Virus record (IMG/VR): IMGVR_UViG_3300033480_000004
Location: 1-46,825 of that record
DNA: 46,825 bases
From: a virus
Taxonomy: Duplodnaviria > Caudoviricetes
Reading direction: 5' to 3' (one strand)
The position numbers were made by a program, and so were the translations under genes. Below the pieces are notes generated by a model. It saw only the letters and a list, made by a program, of their open reading frames with translations, was not told the DNA's origin and did not search any database. This document shows, piece after piece, positions 8,396-15,671 of this stretch (position 1 is its first letter; every line of letters begins with the position of its first letter).

Positions 8396-8632
8396 TCAAT
8401 TTCGGTCGTGTAGTATTTTGCTGGCGATGCGACGTAAGTCCGGGTCGGTGTCGGCGAGCGCCATTTTCACTAGTTCCTCTTTAGTCATTGTCCGCTCAAG
8501 GTTATGGCGCAGTTTAGCATCCCGTCTGTGCTTGACTTCGAGTGCCAACTTACGATTAAACCATAGGCAAATTACCGATATAACGATAGCGATTGCCGAT
8601 AAGATGGTTGCTATGGTGCTGTACTCGCTCAT
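8396..8632 (-). CDS. Small protein with N-terminal transmembrane helix
   Basis: IATILSAIAIVISVICLWF; ATGA coupling. Confidence 0.7.
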   Translation of the reverse strand: MSEYSTIATILSAIAIVISVICLWFNRKLALEVKHRRDAKLRHNLERTMTKEELVKMALADTDPDLRRIASKILHDRN

Positions 8633-8871
8633 GGTTGTCCCTCTTTCCAGGTTTCACCGCGCAATGAACTTCTTGTCGCCGCCTCGATCTTTGCCGCCAT
8701 CATTTGCGCCTTGCGGTTGGCGCGGTAGGTTCGCTGGTGAATCTGCCAGTTGGGGTTGAGCCGCCGTAGGAATTGATACTCGCTCTGGCGCTGCCGGGAA
8801 CATTCCAGGGAACAGGTTTTCCGGTTGCGCGATTTGTGGAATTCGCCGCCACAAACGATACAGGTTGCCAT
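8629..8871 (-). CDS. Zinc-finger protein similar to the HNH N-terminus
   Basis: CIVCGGEF...TCSLECS versus CIVCGREF...CCSPECS in the HNH gene. Confidence 0.7.
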   Translation of the reverse strand: MATCIVCGGEFHKSRNRKTCSLECSRQRQSEYQFLRRLNPNWQIHQRTYRANRKAQMMAAKIEAATRSSLRGETWKEGQP

Positions 8872-9059
8872 TAGTCGCCTTCCAATTTCTCTAAGGTTTG
8901 GGTGAACAACTTATCAAACTCCGCTATTCTAAGTTGCAGTAATTCCAGTAGCGGCTCTTCGATCAAAGGGAAAGTCGCCATGATTTCGTCGGTTAGATAA
9001 ACGATATTCTGCAGGCGATGCCGCAGTTCGTATTCTATTATCGGGTCAAGGTTGGTCAT
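8871..9059 (-). CDS. Hypothetical protein
   Basis: GAGG RBS, coupled to neighbours. Confidence 0.65.
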   Translation of the reverse strand: MTNLDPIIEYELRHRLQNIVYLTDEIMATFPLIEEPLLELLQLRIAEFDKLFTQTLEKLEGD

Positions 9060-9270
9060 GTTCGCCTCGTAATTTCATTAGGGCAAAATCCGCGCAGCAC
9101 ATAACATCCGGGTCATACGCATCCGGGGTTGTTTCCGAAAACGATACCTGGAAACGATCACAGTGCGGTTCGTCGCCTGGATTTGGTTGGTCGTAATCCC
9201 GGTAGTGATCGCAAATCCAACACCGGTTGACGTAATCAAATCCAGGTGGTAATACAGTCGATTCGATCAT
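9046..9270 (-). CDS. Small Cys4 protein
   Basis: CWIC...HCDRFQVSF...YDPDVMCCADF; ATGA coupling. Confidence 0.7.
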   Translation of the reverse strand: MIESTVLPPGFDYVNRCWICDHYRDYDQPNPGDEPHCDRFQVSFSETTPDAYDPDVMCCADFALMKLRGEHDQP

Positions 9271-9521
9271 GGTTGTTTGCTCTCATCGGCTAGGGTAATA
9301 ACCATCGGAGTGGTAGTTAATTTCCAGGCGAAACAACCGCGCCGAACCGTCTGAGCGTCAAGCGGGTAATCATCCAATAAGCAGTGGGTTTTCACTAGTA
9401 TCTCATCCCCGCGTAATGTAACCCAAAACCCTAGTTGCGCACAAGTGAGGCAGGAATGAAGTAAAGGCGCAGAGTTGCCATAGTTTACCAGTGCGTCGGT
9501 AGTGGAATTGTAATTCGTCAT
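9267..9521 (-). CDS. Small Cys4 protein
   Basis: CLTC...HC...CFAW; ATGA coupling. Confidence 0.65.
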   Translation of the reverse strand: MTNYNSTTDALVNYGNSAPLLHSCLTCAQLGFWVTLRGDEILVKTHCLLDDYPLDAQTVRRGCFAWKLTTTPMVITLADESKQP

Positions 9522-10495
9522 GGTTGTTTGCCTTTTTCGCTTTTATGTAAGGCCGGATAGAGTGCGCCTAGTTCTCGTCGCCAATTTGTGTCACGGGTAA
9601 ATAATGGAATCAATTCACCGTCGGCAATTTTCAAGAATGAACTATTCCAGGTTGGATGAGTAGTCTCATCCAATTGTAAGTAAGCCGTGCGGTTAGGGTC
9701 GCGCCCTGTTCCGAGACAGTGCATCTGGTAGCGCCCGTCTCGGCTATACCCTTGTGCATAGATATGCGGGTGAGCGATGACGATATGTCCTTTGCGCGGC
9801 GACTTGTCAAGAATATCTTGCGCCAGTGACAATGGATTCTTGCGGTATTGTTTGGTGTGTAAAATCCGCACGTCGCCAAATGGCGTAGTAAGCCAGAGAT
9901 AAGAGTACCGGGAATAATGGAAGTTTGGATGTTTAAGTAACATCCCCAAATCTATTCCGGCGTTGGTGGTTTTGGCTATCCTTTCATCATGGTTGCCCGC
10001 AATAAGAACAATTTGAGTAAACCAGATTGCCAATTGGTTTATGATGGTTTGAGCAGTCGCTAAAATCTGTTTTTCATTGGGCGCGTTTTCCGGTTGGTAG
10101 CGTTTTGGGAAGGGTGAGAAATGATCGTTCGCCACAAAATCCCCGGCGATAATAAGCGTTCTGATATGGTTTGCCATGCCTGCTAGTATCGCGCAGCGCA
10201 GATAAAACGGGTCGTGGTCGGGGATTTCTAAATCAGAGATGACAATCGCGCTGGGAGTTTGGATAGGTTCGGCTTGATAAATTGGGGATAATGGTTCAGG
10301 TATCACGATAGACTCGGCTATCTTATGAATGCGCCGCGTCCCTGGGGCGCGCCCTTTACGGCCATACCGTCCGCCCGTCGCCAGAGTAATTCCCCAAAGT
10401 TTGGTATCTGCCTCAATAGAGTCGCCGTTATTCCACCGTTCAGTGAATTCGCGGGTATAATCGGGCGGCCAATACAGCGGCGGTTTATCACTCAT
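9518..10495 (-). CDS. Calcineurin-like metallophosphoesterase
   Basis: ISDLEIP, AGDFVAND, AGNHDERI and AHPH motifs in the expected order. Confidence 0.8.
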   Translation of the reverse strand: MSDKPPLYWPPDYTREFTERWNNGDSIEADTKLWGITLATGGRYGRKGRAPGTRRIHKIAESIVIPEPLSPIYQAEPIQTPSAIVISDLEIPDHDPFYLRCAILAGMANHIRTLIIAGDFVANDHFSPFPKRYQPENAPNEKQILATAQTIINQLAIWFTQIVLIAGNHDERIAKTTNAGIDLGMLLKHPNFHYSRYSYLWLTTPFGDVRILHTKQYRKNPLSLAQDILDKSPRKGHIVIAHPHIYAQGYSRDGRYQMHCLGTGRDPNRTAYLQLDETTHPTWNSSFLKIADGELIPLFTRDTNWRRELGALYPALHKSEKGKQP

Positions 10496-10497
10496 GA

Positions 10498-10830
10498 TTA
10501 TTCTCTCAGTCGATTGTGCGCCTGCAAGTACGCCTCGCAGACGGCCAACGGATAACGCGCCGATTGCCCAATTCCGATAGGCGTCCCGTTATTCAATTGG
10601 ACAACCCTCACCGTCCAGGAATGCGGCGGAAAGTCAGGGTTCTCTTGCGCGTGAACCTCGATCAAACATACAACATTTGGGTTATTCGCCGTAATGGTTT
10701 CCAGTAGTTCATTGGCGAGATTCGCGTCATGGACATAATCCAATTGAAACGCCGTCGCCCGGCTGACCGCATCGTTAAGTTGTTTGGCGCTGGTATCAAT
10801 CATGAGTAGTCTCCTTGATAGCGACTTCAT
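10498..10830 (-). CDS. Hypothetical protein
   Basis: In operon orientation; the start may be the internal ATG at 10803 with GGAG RBS. Confidence 0.6.
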   Translation of the reverse strand: MKSLSRRLLMIDTSAKQLNDAVSRATAFQLDYVHDANLANELLETITANNPNVVCLIEVHAQENPDFPPHSWTVRVVQLNNGTPIGIGQSARYPLAVCEAYLQAHNRLRE

Positions 10831-11011
10831 AGTCCGGGCAGACGTGGGATTTGGATTCGAGTATGTCGCAGAAATTAAAACTGTGCAGGCAACAGATTAG
10901 AAGTGAAGCCATCGCGTATTCGATTTCTGCCCAATATGTACACCAAAGGCATTTTGAGGTAGCGGATTGGTGATAACCGTTAGGCCGTGAGGATTGGTAT
11001 TGGTTAGCCAT
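10796..11011 (-). CDS. Small Cys4 protein
   Basis: CLWC...ICCLH...VCPDY. Confidence 0.6.
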   Translation of the reverse strand: MANQYQSSRPNGYHQSATSKCLWCTYWAEIEYAMASLLICCLHSFNFCDILESKSHVCPDYEVAIKETTHD

Positions 11012-11246
11012 TATCTACTGCCGGTAAATTCTCAGAGCTGATCTGCCATTCGCGGGGTTCTAGGTGGCATTTAGGCGGAATGAGCAAGTGGCGACTCGCG
11101 GAAACGGTAGCATAGGCCGCTTCAAATTTGGTATCGTAAGGGGTTGCCTCGCCGATAGTATTCACAATCCGATTGCCTTGTAAATAACCGCGCGCGTTCC
11201 CATGCTTGGATTGCAATTCGATTACATAAATGCCTTTATTGGTCAT
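11004..11246 (-). CDS. Hypothetical protein
   Basis: AGGAG RBS; overlaps the next gene. Confidence 0.7.
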   Translation of the reverse strand: MTNKGIYVIELQSKHGNARGYLQGNRIVNTIGEATPYDTKFEAAYATVSASRHLLIPPKCHLEPREWQISSENLPAVDNG

Positions 11247-11249
11247 GGT

Positions 11250-11795
11250 TCATTCTCCTGTTTTAATAGAGTGGATGAAATGCCGCAAATCAGTGATGAT
11301 TAATTCCGGGTGACTTTTCTGGCGTTCTCTGGCCTCGGCTTCGGTAAACCGTGTGGCGACTCGGTAATCGGTCACAAACCCGCCGCCATCAAACCGGCGC
11401 TCTTGCCAGTAGAGGTAATGATCTTGTGCGTCTAACGCCAGTGCATAGATATATTCATAGCCGTTGTAAGTGTACCTCCGCCTAGCATAGTTCTCTTGTA
11501 GTTCCGCTTGCCGTTGGGTAATCCCTTGCCGGATTTCGGCCAGCCGCTTTTGCCCCGGCTCGCCGATGGCTTCTTTAGGATCATAGCGGCGCGGCGTTCC
11601 CAACTGGTAATACGGGCAGTCCGGCTGTGCCCATTGGATACACTGCCAGCCTTCCTGTTGGCAATAGATTTCGTTGCCAACGGGGATTTCAATCTTATCG
11701 AGGTAGTCCCGGCGCAAGTTCTCGTATTCCGGTTCCCCGCCGTTATCGTAAATGTGGCGGGCGGAATCACAGGTTTGGCAATTGTGGTCATTCAT
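11250..11795 (-). CDS. Hypothetical protein with N-terminal Cys4 domain (start reassigned to MNDHNCQTC)
   Basis: GAGG RBS and ATGA overlap with the upstream RHH gene. Confidence 0.7.
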   Translation of the reverse strand: MNDHNCQTCDSARHIYDNGGEPEYENLRRDYLDKIEIPVGNEIYCQQEGWQCIQWAQPDCPYYQLGTPRRYDPKEAIGEPGQKRLAEIRQGITQRQAELQENYARRRYTYNGYEYIYALALDAQDHYLYWQERRFDGGGFVTDYRVATRFTEAEARERQKSHPELIITDLRHFIHSIKTGE

Positions 11796-12016
11796 TTGGG
11801 TTCGCCTCGTTTGACCGCACGCCAGCGTTTTTCCGCGCCTTCCTGTTGCGTCATGATATGATAGTCCGGGCATTGGTATCCTTGCGCGTCCATCTGCCGG
11901 TCACACGCCAGGCGTATCCATTCGCTGTACGATATTCCTAACCGCTTCGCGCATTCCTCGATAGCCGCCCGGTGTTCCGGGGTAGTAGAAAAGATAATTC
12001 GAGTTCGGTTTGGCAT
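11792..12016 (-). CDS. Ribbon-helix-helix (CopG/Arc-like) regulator (start reassigned to MPNRTRIIF)
   Basis: RIIFSTTPEHRAAIEECAKRLGISYSEWIRLAC fits the RHH pattern; purine-rich RBS. Confidence 0.75.
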   Translation of the reverse strand: MPNRTRIIFSTTPEHRAAIEECAKRLGISYSEWIRLACDRQMDAQGYQCPDYHIMTQQEGAEKRWRAVKRGEPK

Positions 12017-12052
12017 TGCTGATTTTCCTTTTCTCCGTTTGTTGCTTCTATT

Positions 12053-12081
12053 AGCATAACATACCTGCATACATATTGCAA
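12053..12081 (-). promoter_or_regulatory. Sigma70-type promoter of the RHH gene
   Basis: TTGCAA-17nt-TATGCT; spacer contains repeated GTATG/TATGT. Confidence 0.7.
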
Positions 12082-12096
12082 GTTATTGGTAGTAAG

Positions 12097-12543
12097 TTAT
12101 TTAACCGCAAAAGTGATTTCGACGTAACTATCACGCGGCCAGGGTTGAAAGTTATCCCGCTTGCCCAGGATGGTCACGGTATATCCGTATTTGCCCAGCA
12201 CCGCGCAGATTTGGGTTGCCAGTCTAGCAGTCGTATAACCAGCATGATAGTAGTAACTCCGCCGCGCTACAAACGAGCCGTTCTTTTTGGCAATTACCCG
12301 GTCTGCGCCAGCGAAGGTTACAATCAAGTCGCGGATATACTGTTTATCAATCTTGCTCGGGGTAGCGGCGGCAATGGCGCGGTTTATCTCGATATGCGTG
12401 GCAAAGGTATACAGGCGCGCTGCTTTCAGGTGGTCGCATTCAGCTTCCCATTCCCGTCTGATTTGCGCTGCCGCAAACCAGTTATCGTTGGCGATCTTCA
12501 TCGCCGCCAATTCGATTTCGTGTTCGGTAGTAATCAGGGTCAT
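12097..12543 (-). CDS. Hypothetical early protein, WPRDS-motif paralog B
   Basis: AGGAG RBS; C-terminal domain RRSYYY...FQPWPRDSYVEITF. Confidence 0.8.
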   Translation of the reverse strand: MTLITTEHEIELAAMKIANDNWFAAAQIRREWEAECDHLKAARLYTFATHIEINRAIAAATPSKIDKQYIRDLIVTFAGADRVIAKKNGSFVARRSYYYHAGYTTARLATQICAVLGKYGYTVTILGKRDNFQPWPRDSYVEITFAVK

Positions 12544-12559
12544 GTTGGTTCTCCTAGTT

Positions 12560-12624
12560 CGCCTTAGTCATCGTCAGTGTGGGTTAGGCGTGTACCCGCA
12601 GACCCGCCGGAGCGGGTTTCGACT
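12560..12624 (-). ncRNA. Type II hammerhead ribozyme (HH-B)
   Basis: AGTC-GAAA-CCCGC(TCCG)GCGGG-TC-TGCGGGT(ACACGCCTA)ACCCACA-CTGACGA-T-GACT; loop CGCCT pairs with the 3' tail AGGCG. Confidence 0.9.
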
Positions 12625-12631
12625 TTAGCTA

Positions 12632-12838
12632 CTAACGCCAGTTTTCCAATTTCATTTGATAGAAGTTGGCCTCTTGATGGTATTCGGCGACCCGAAGGTT
12701 ATAGTATTTCTGGAGCGCGGTTTCGCCGTGTTGTCGGGCATCCTCGGCCATGTCCTCATAGTAAATGGCCTTGTCTTCCATTTTAGCAACTATTGCCTGT
12801 AATGCTTGAATTGCTATTTCGTCAATTTGGCTTCTCAT
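12632..12838 (-). CDS. Small helical hypothetical protein between the two ribozymes
   Basis: GGGAG RBS, double TAG stop. Confidence 0.8.
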   Translation of the reverse strand: MRSQIDEIAIQALQAIVAKMEDKAIYYEDMAEDARQHGETALQKYYNLRVAEYHQEANFYQMKLENWR

Positions 12839-12856
12839 TCGTCTGCTCCCTAGTTA

Positions 12857-12905
12857 GTCTCATCAGGCCGGGTTATTCCGGCGACGCCCGCGTGGGCGTT
12901 TCGAC
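12857..12905 (-). ncRNA. Type II hammerhead ribozyme (HH-A)
   Basis: GTC-GAAA-CGCCC(ACGC)GGGCG-TC-GCCGG(AATAAC)CCGGC-CTGATGA-GAC; intact catalytic core with a GUC cleavage triplet. Confidence 0.92.
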
Positions 12906-12906
12906 A

Positions 12907-13395
12907 TTAGGCGTTGGATATCAACCACTGTGTAATTGCAGATTGCATCAAACCTTGCAGCATATTGCGTTCCTCATTACTGTGGATGGTATGGCGGACT
13001 AATTGTATCTGGCGATCCTGGAGTTTATGAGCCAATCTCCAGTACCGTTCATCATGGCTTAAAATATATTCGGCCTTACCAGTCATCACATCGGCAATGT
13101 ACTCGGCGCGCTCGTCGATTATAGCGTTGGTATCAGCAAAAACCTTGATGGTTACGGTATAGAAACTATCACGCGGCCAGTTGTTCCAATGCGTTCCTTG
13201 ATCTTCGATACGATAGACGAGATTAGTCGCTTGCAATTGCTGGTTGACTTTTTCAACGTAACCAGCTAATTGACCTGCTGGTTGGTAAAAGAAACCTCTA
13301 CGGATGGTCACGGTATTGTCACGATGGAAAGTGATTTTGTCGTAACCTACAATGTTTAACGCGGTTTGCACTTGTTGCTTTAGTTGTTTGTTCAC
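12907..13395 (-). CDS. Hypothetical early protein, WPRDS-motif paralog A
   Basis: GTG start with AAGGAG RBS; RRGFFY...WNNWPRDSFYTVTI. Confidence 0.8.
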   Translation of the reverse strand: MNKQLKQQVQTALNIVGYDKITFHRDNTVTIRRGFFYQPAGQLAGYVEKVNQQLQATNLVYRIEDQGTHWNNWPRDSFYTVTIKVFADTNAIIDERAEYIADVMTGKAEYILSHDERYWRLAHKLQDRQIQLVRHTIHSNEERNMLQGLMQSAITQWLISNA

Positions 13396-13482
13396 TGTCT
13401 CTTCTCCTTACTCCGTTGGTCGATACTTGCTCGCTGGTTGCCCCTCTAGTTGCGCGGGGTGTTTGTTTATTTAACTATCTAT

Positions 13483-13511
13483 AGTATAACATACAACCAT
13501 CTAAATGTAAA
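13483..13511 (-). promoter_or_regulatory. Leftward early promoter
   Basis: TTTACA-17nt-TATACT in the AT-rich divergence region. Confidence 0.8.
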
Positions 13512-13536
13512 GTAACATTAATCTGTTGTTAATCTA

Positions 13537-13566
13537 TTGCACGCGCGCCCAAGAATATGGTACACT
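13537..13566 (+). promoter_or_regulatory. Rightward divergent promoter
   Basis: TTGCAC-18nt-TACACT with TGn extension. Confidence 0.55.
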
Positions 13567-13595
13567 GAAGGCAGTGCTAGTGAATGAGGATCGAC

Positions 13596-13931
13596 ATGGC
13601 GAGACGGAAAACTCTATTACGATTAACGGAGTGGATGGCAATGTTTTTAATGGCGCATGGCTATTTCCCTCCGGGCGTGCCGGTAGCAGAATGGGAGCCC
13701 GGCTTCGCTCCAAACTGGGCGCGCAAACGAATTGCCAGTGATCCGGGTTGGGACGGGCAAATGTTGGCAACCCACCTAAAGGTCTGCCCGCATTGTGGCA
13801 ACGAATGGCCGGAAAGTCCGGCCTTTTGGCCGCGTAACAAATACGGACGCGGCGGCCTGTACTCGCTGTGTTTATGTTGCAAACGGGACGCTGACAATGG
13901 TCGATATCGGCGCTTGAAATTTATACGGTAA
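13596..13931 (+). CDS. Zinc-finger hypothetical protein
   Basis: GAGG RBS; KVCPHCG...FWPRNK..RGGLYSLCLCCK. Confidence 0.7.
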   Translation: MARRKTLLRLTEWMAMFLMAHGYFPPGVPVAEWEPGFAPNWARKRIASDPGWDGQMLATHLKVCPHCGNEWPESPAFWPRNKYGRGGLYSLCLCCKRDADNGRYRRLKFIR

Positions 13932-13942
13932 CGTGGTAGAAT
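13914..13942 (+). promoter_or_regulatory. Promoter of the methyltransferase cassette
   Basis: TTGAAA-17nt-TAGAAT with TGn extension. Confidence 0.75.
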
Positions 13943-13953
13943 TTATCTGGCGA

Positions 13954-14049
13954 CAAAAGCAAAAACCGGATAGGTATCCGGTTCTGCCTAGCAGCTTTTG
14001 CGAAGGATTGCTATACTGAGAATATACCATACTCAGGAAAGGATTACAA
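13954..14049 (-). ncRNA. Antisense promoter, short RNA and terminator over the methyltransferase leader
   Basis: TTGTAA-17nt-TATATT (14049-14021), then hairpin AACCGGAT/ATCCGGTT with a U-rich tail. Confidence 0.55.
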
Positions 14050-15230
14050 TGGATAATGAATCAGTAATTGAGTTAAGTTCTTTGGTATCTGGTAAGGCGA
14101 CGCTTTCCCAGACCGGCTTACAAATTGATGAATCGGTTACGTTCTTAGAATGGGAACAAATTGGGACTGTTTTGTTTGCCTTAGAAAAAACTATCCACTT
14201 TGCCATCGGTGATTGGATAAATTTCGGTGAACATCGTTACGGGGAGATGTATGCGCAAGCGTTAGAAATCGCCACTTATAGTTATGAGACATTAAGAATA
14301 GACACTTACGTAGCGAATAGGGTTAAATTGTTGCGCCGGCGCAACAATTTAAGTTGGAGTCATCATCGGGAGGTCGCTTCCCTGGAACAAGACAAACAGG
14401 ATTATTATCTTGATTTAGCAGAGCGTAATGGCCTAGATAGAAATGAGTTGCGCGGCCAAATTAAACAAGATAGAAATCGAGAGCTACTACTGAAGCCGGG
14501 GGGAGGGATTGTTAATGACCCGATGATCCACTATGGCAGGGCTGAGGCGATGATAATGATCGGAGATGAAACGGTTGATTTAATCATCACGTCTCCGCCC
14601 TACAATTTAGGCGGCGAGTCGTGGCCTATGGGAGGGGACGGACGCGCACCCCGCGAAAGCGGAATAGGTTATTCAGACGACCACGAGGAAATCGATTATC
14701 AGCAATGGCAAGTTAATTGTTTGAATGAATGCTATCGGGTTGCTAAACCAGGCGCGTCTATGTTTTATAACCATAAAGTTAGGGTAAAGGGGGGGAGGGC
14801 GATCCATCCGATGGATTGGTTGCGACGCTCGGATTGGATTATCCGGCAAGAGATTGTTTGGGATAGGAAATCCACGCATAATCATAGCCCAACTTTGTTT
14901 TGGCCTGAAGACGAACGTATTTATTGGTTGACTAAAGGAGCGCCGGTTTTATCGGAGCACCCCATTGGTAAATCGACGGTATGGCGTTGTTTCGGGCCGA
15001 TACCAGAACAGTCTTGGCATCCGGCTCCGTTTACATCTGAATTGCCAATTATGATTTTAGAAGCGGTTGGGAGAACTGAAATGGTAGTTCTTGACCCGTT
15101 TATGGGGTCAGGGACTACCATAAAAGTGGCCTTGCAATATGGGTGTCAAGCAATTGGGGTAGATAATAATCTCGAATATATCAATAGAGCATGTCAGGAA
15201 AATGGATGGAAACTAACAAACGAAATTTAA
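14049..15230 (+). CDS. LmbU-like domain fused to a beta-class N4-C/N6-A DNA methyltransferase (start reassigned to MDNES)
   Basis: FAIGDWINFGEHRYGEMY..LSWSHHREVA (LmbU-like); DLIITSPPY motif IV before VLDPFMGSGTT motif I; HPAPF. Confidence 0.85.
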   Translation: MDNESVIELSSLVSGKATLSQTGLQIDESVTFLEWEQIGTVLFALEKTIHFAIGDWINFGEHRYGEMYAQALEIATYSYETLRIDTYVANRVKLLRRRNNLSWSHHREVASLEQDKQDYYLDLAERNGLDRNELRGQIKQDRNRELLLKPGGGIVNDPMIHYGRAEAMIMIGDETVDLIITSPPYNLGGESWPMGGDGRAPRESGIGYSDDHEEIDYQQWQVNCLNECYRVAKPGASMFYNHKVRVKGGRAIHPMDWLRRSDWIIRQEIVWDRKSTHNHSPTLFWPEDERIYWLTKGAPVLSEHPIGKSTVWRCFGPIPEQSWHPAPFTSELPIMILEAVGRTEMVVLDPFMGSGTTIKVALQYGCQAIGVDNNLEYINRACQENGWKLTNEI

Positions 15231-15616
15231 AGGGGTCGCCTAGTCGGGATACTTTCAAACAATGGCATAAGATAGGAATACCTAAAGAGTTTTACGCCTG
15301 TGATATTGACCTGTGCTTAGTCACAAAATTTCCCCAACCTGGGATCGTCGCTTTTATTGATTTTAAAGTTCGGCATGAGAGGGGACGCGAACCGATTAGT
15401 TTCAGTGAGGTAATTGTCTATAATGCTTTATTAGAGGGGGGATATTTAGTTTATATTATTTACGGTGATTATGAAACCGTAGAGCCACTAGACATCTATC
15501 AATACATTGGTGGTGATTATCACCCTAATCCGCCGGTATATCAGTTACGATTAATTGCACAACACATTAACAAAGGCCAATACATTATGTGGGAAAACCA
15601 ATTACGGAAGGCGTAA
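15191..15616 (+). CDS. Putative PD-(D/E)xK-fold nuclease-like protein
   Basis: FYACDIDL...AFIDFK acidic/lysine spacing; overlaps the methyltransferase end. Confidence 0.45.
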   Translation: MSGKWMETNKRNLKGSPSRDTFKQWHKIGIPKEFYACDIDLCLVTKFPQPGIVAFIDFKVRHERGREPISFSEVIVYNALLEGGYLVYIIYGDYETVEPLDIYQYIGGDYHPNPPVYQLRLIAQHINKGQYIMWENQLRKA

Positions 15617-15630
15617 TTTCGCCCAATAGC

Positions 15631-15659
15631 TTGCTTTTTTCTGCACTTGCGCTTATGCT
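15631..15659 (+). promoter_or_regulatory. Promoter preceding a structured RNA
   Basis: TTGCTT-17nt-TATGCT. Confidence 0.55.
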
Positions 15660-15671
15660 TATAGAAGATGG

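Noticed and set aside
12076-13002. Plus-strand ORFs across the ribozyme region
   Set aside because: Antisense to RBS-supported genes, with weak starts and no promoter support
13400-13462. Possible third ribozyme in the leader of the first early gene
   Set aside because: Only a CCCC/GGGG hairpin; no CUGANGA/GAAA core or other recognisable ribozyme motif
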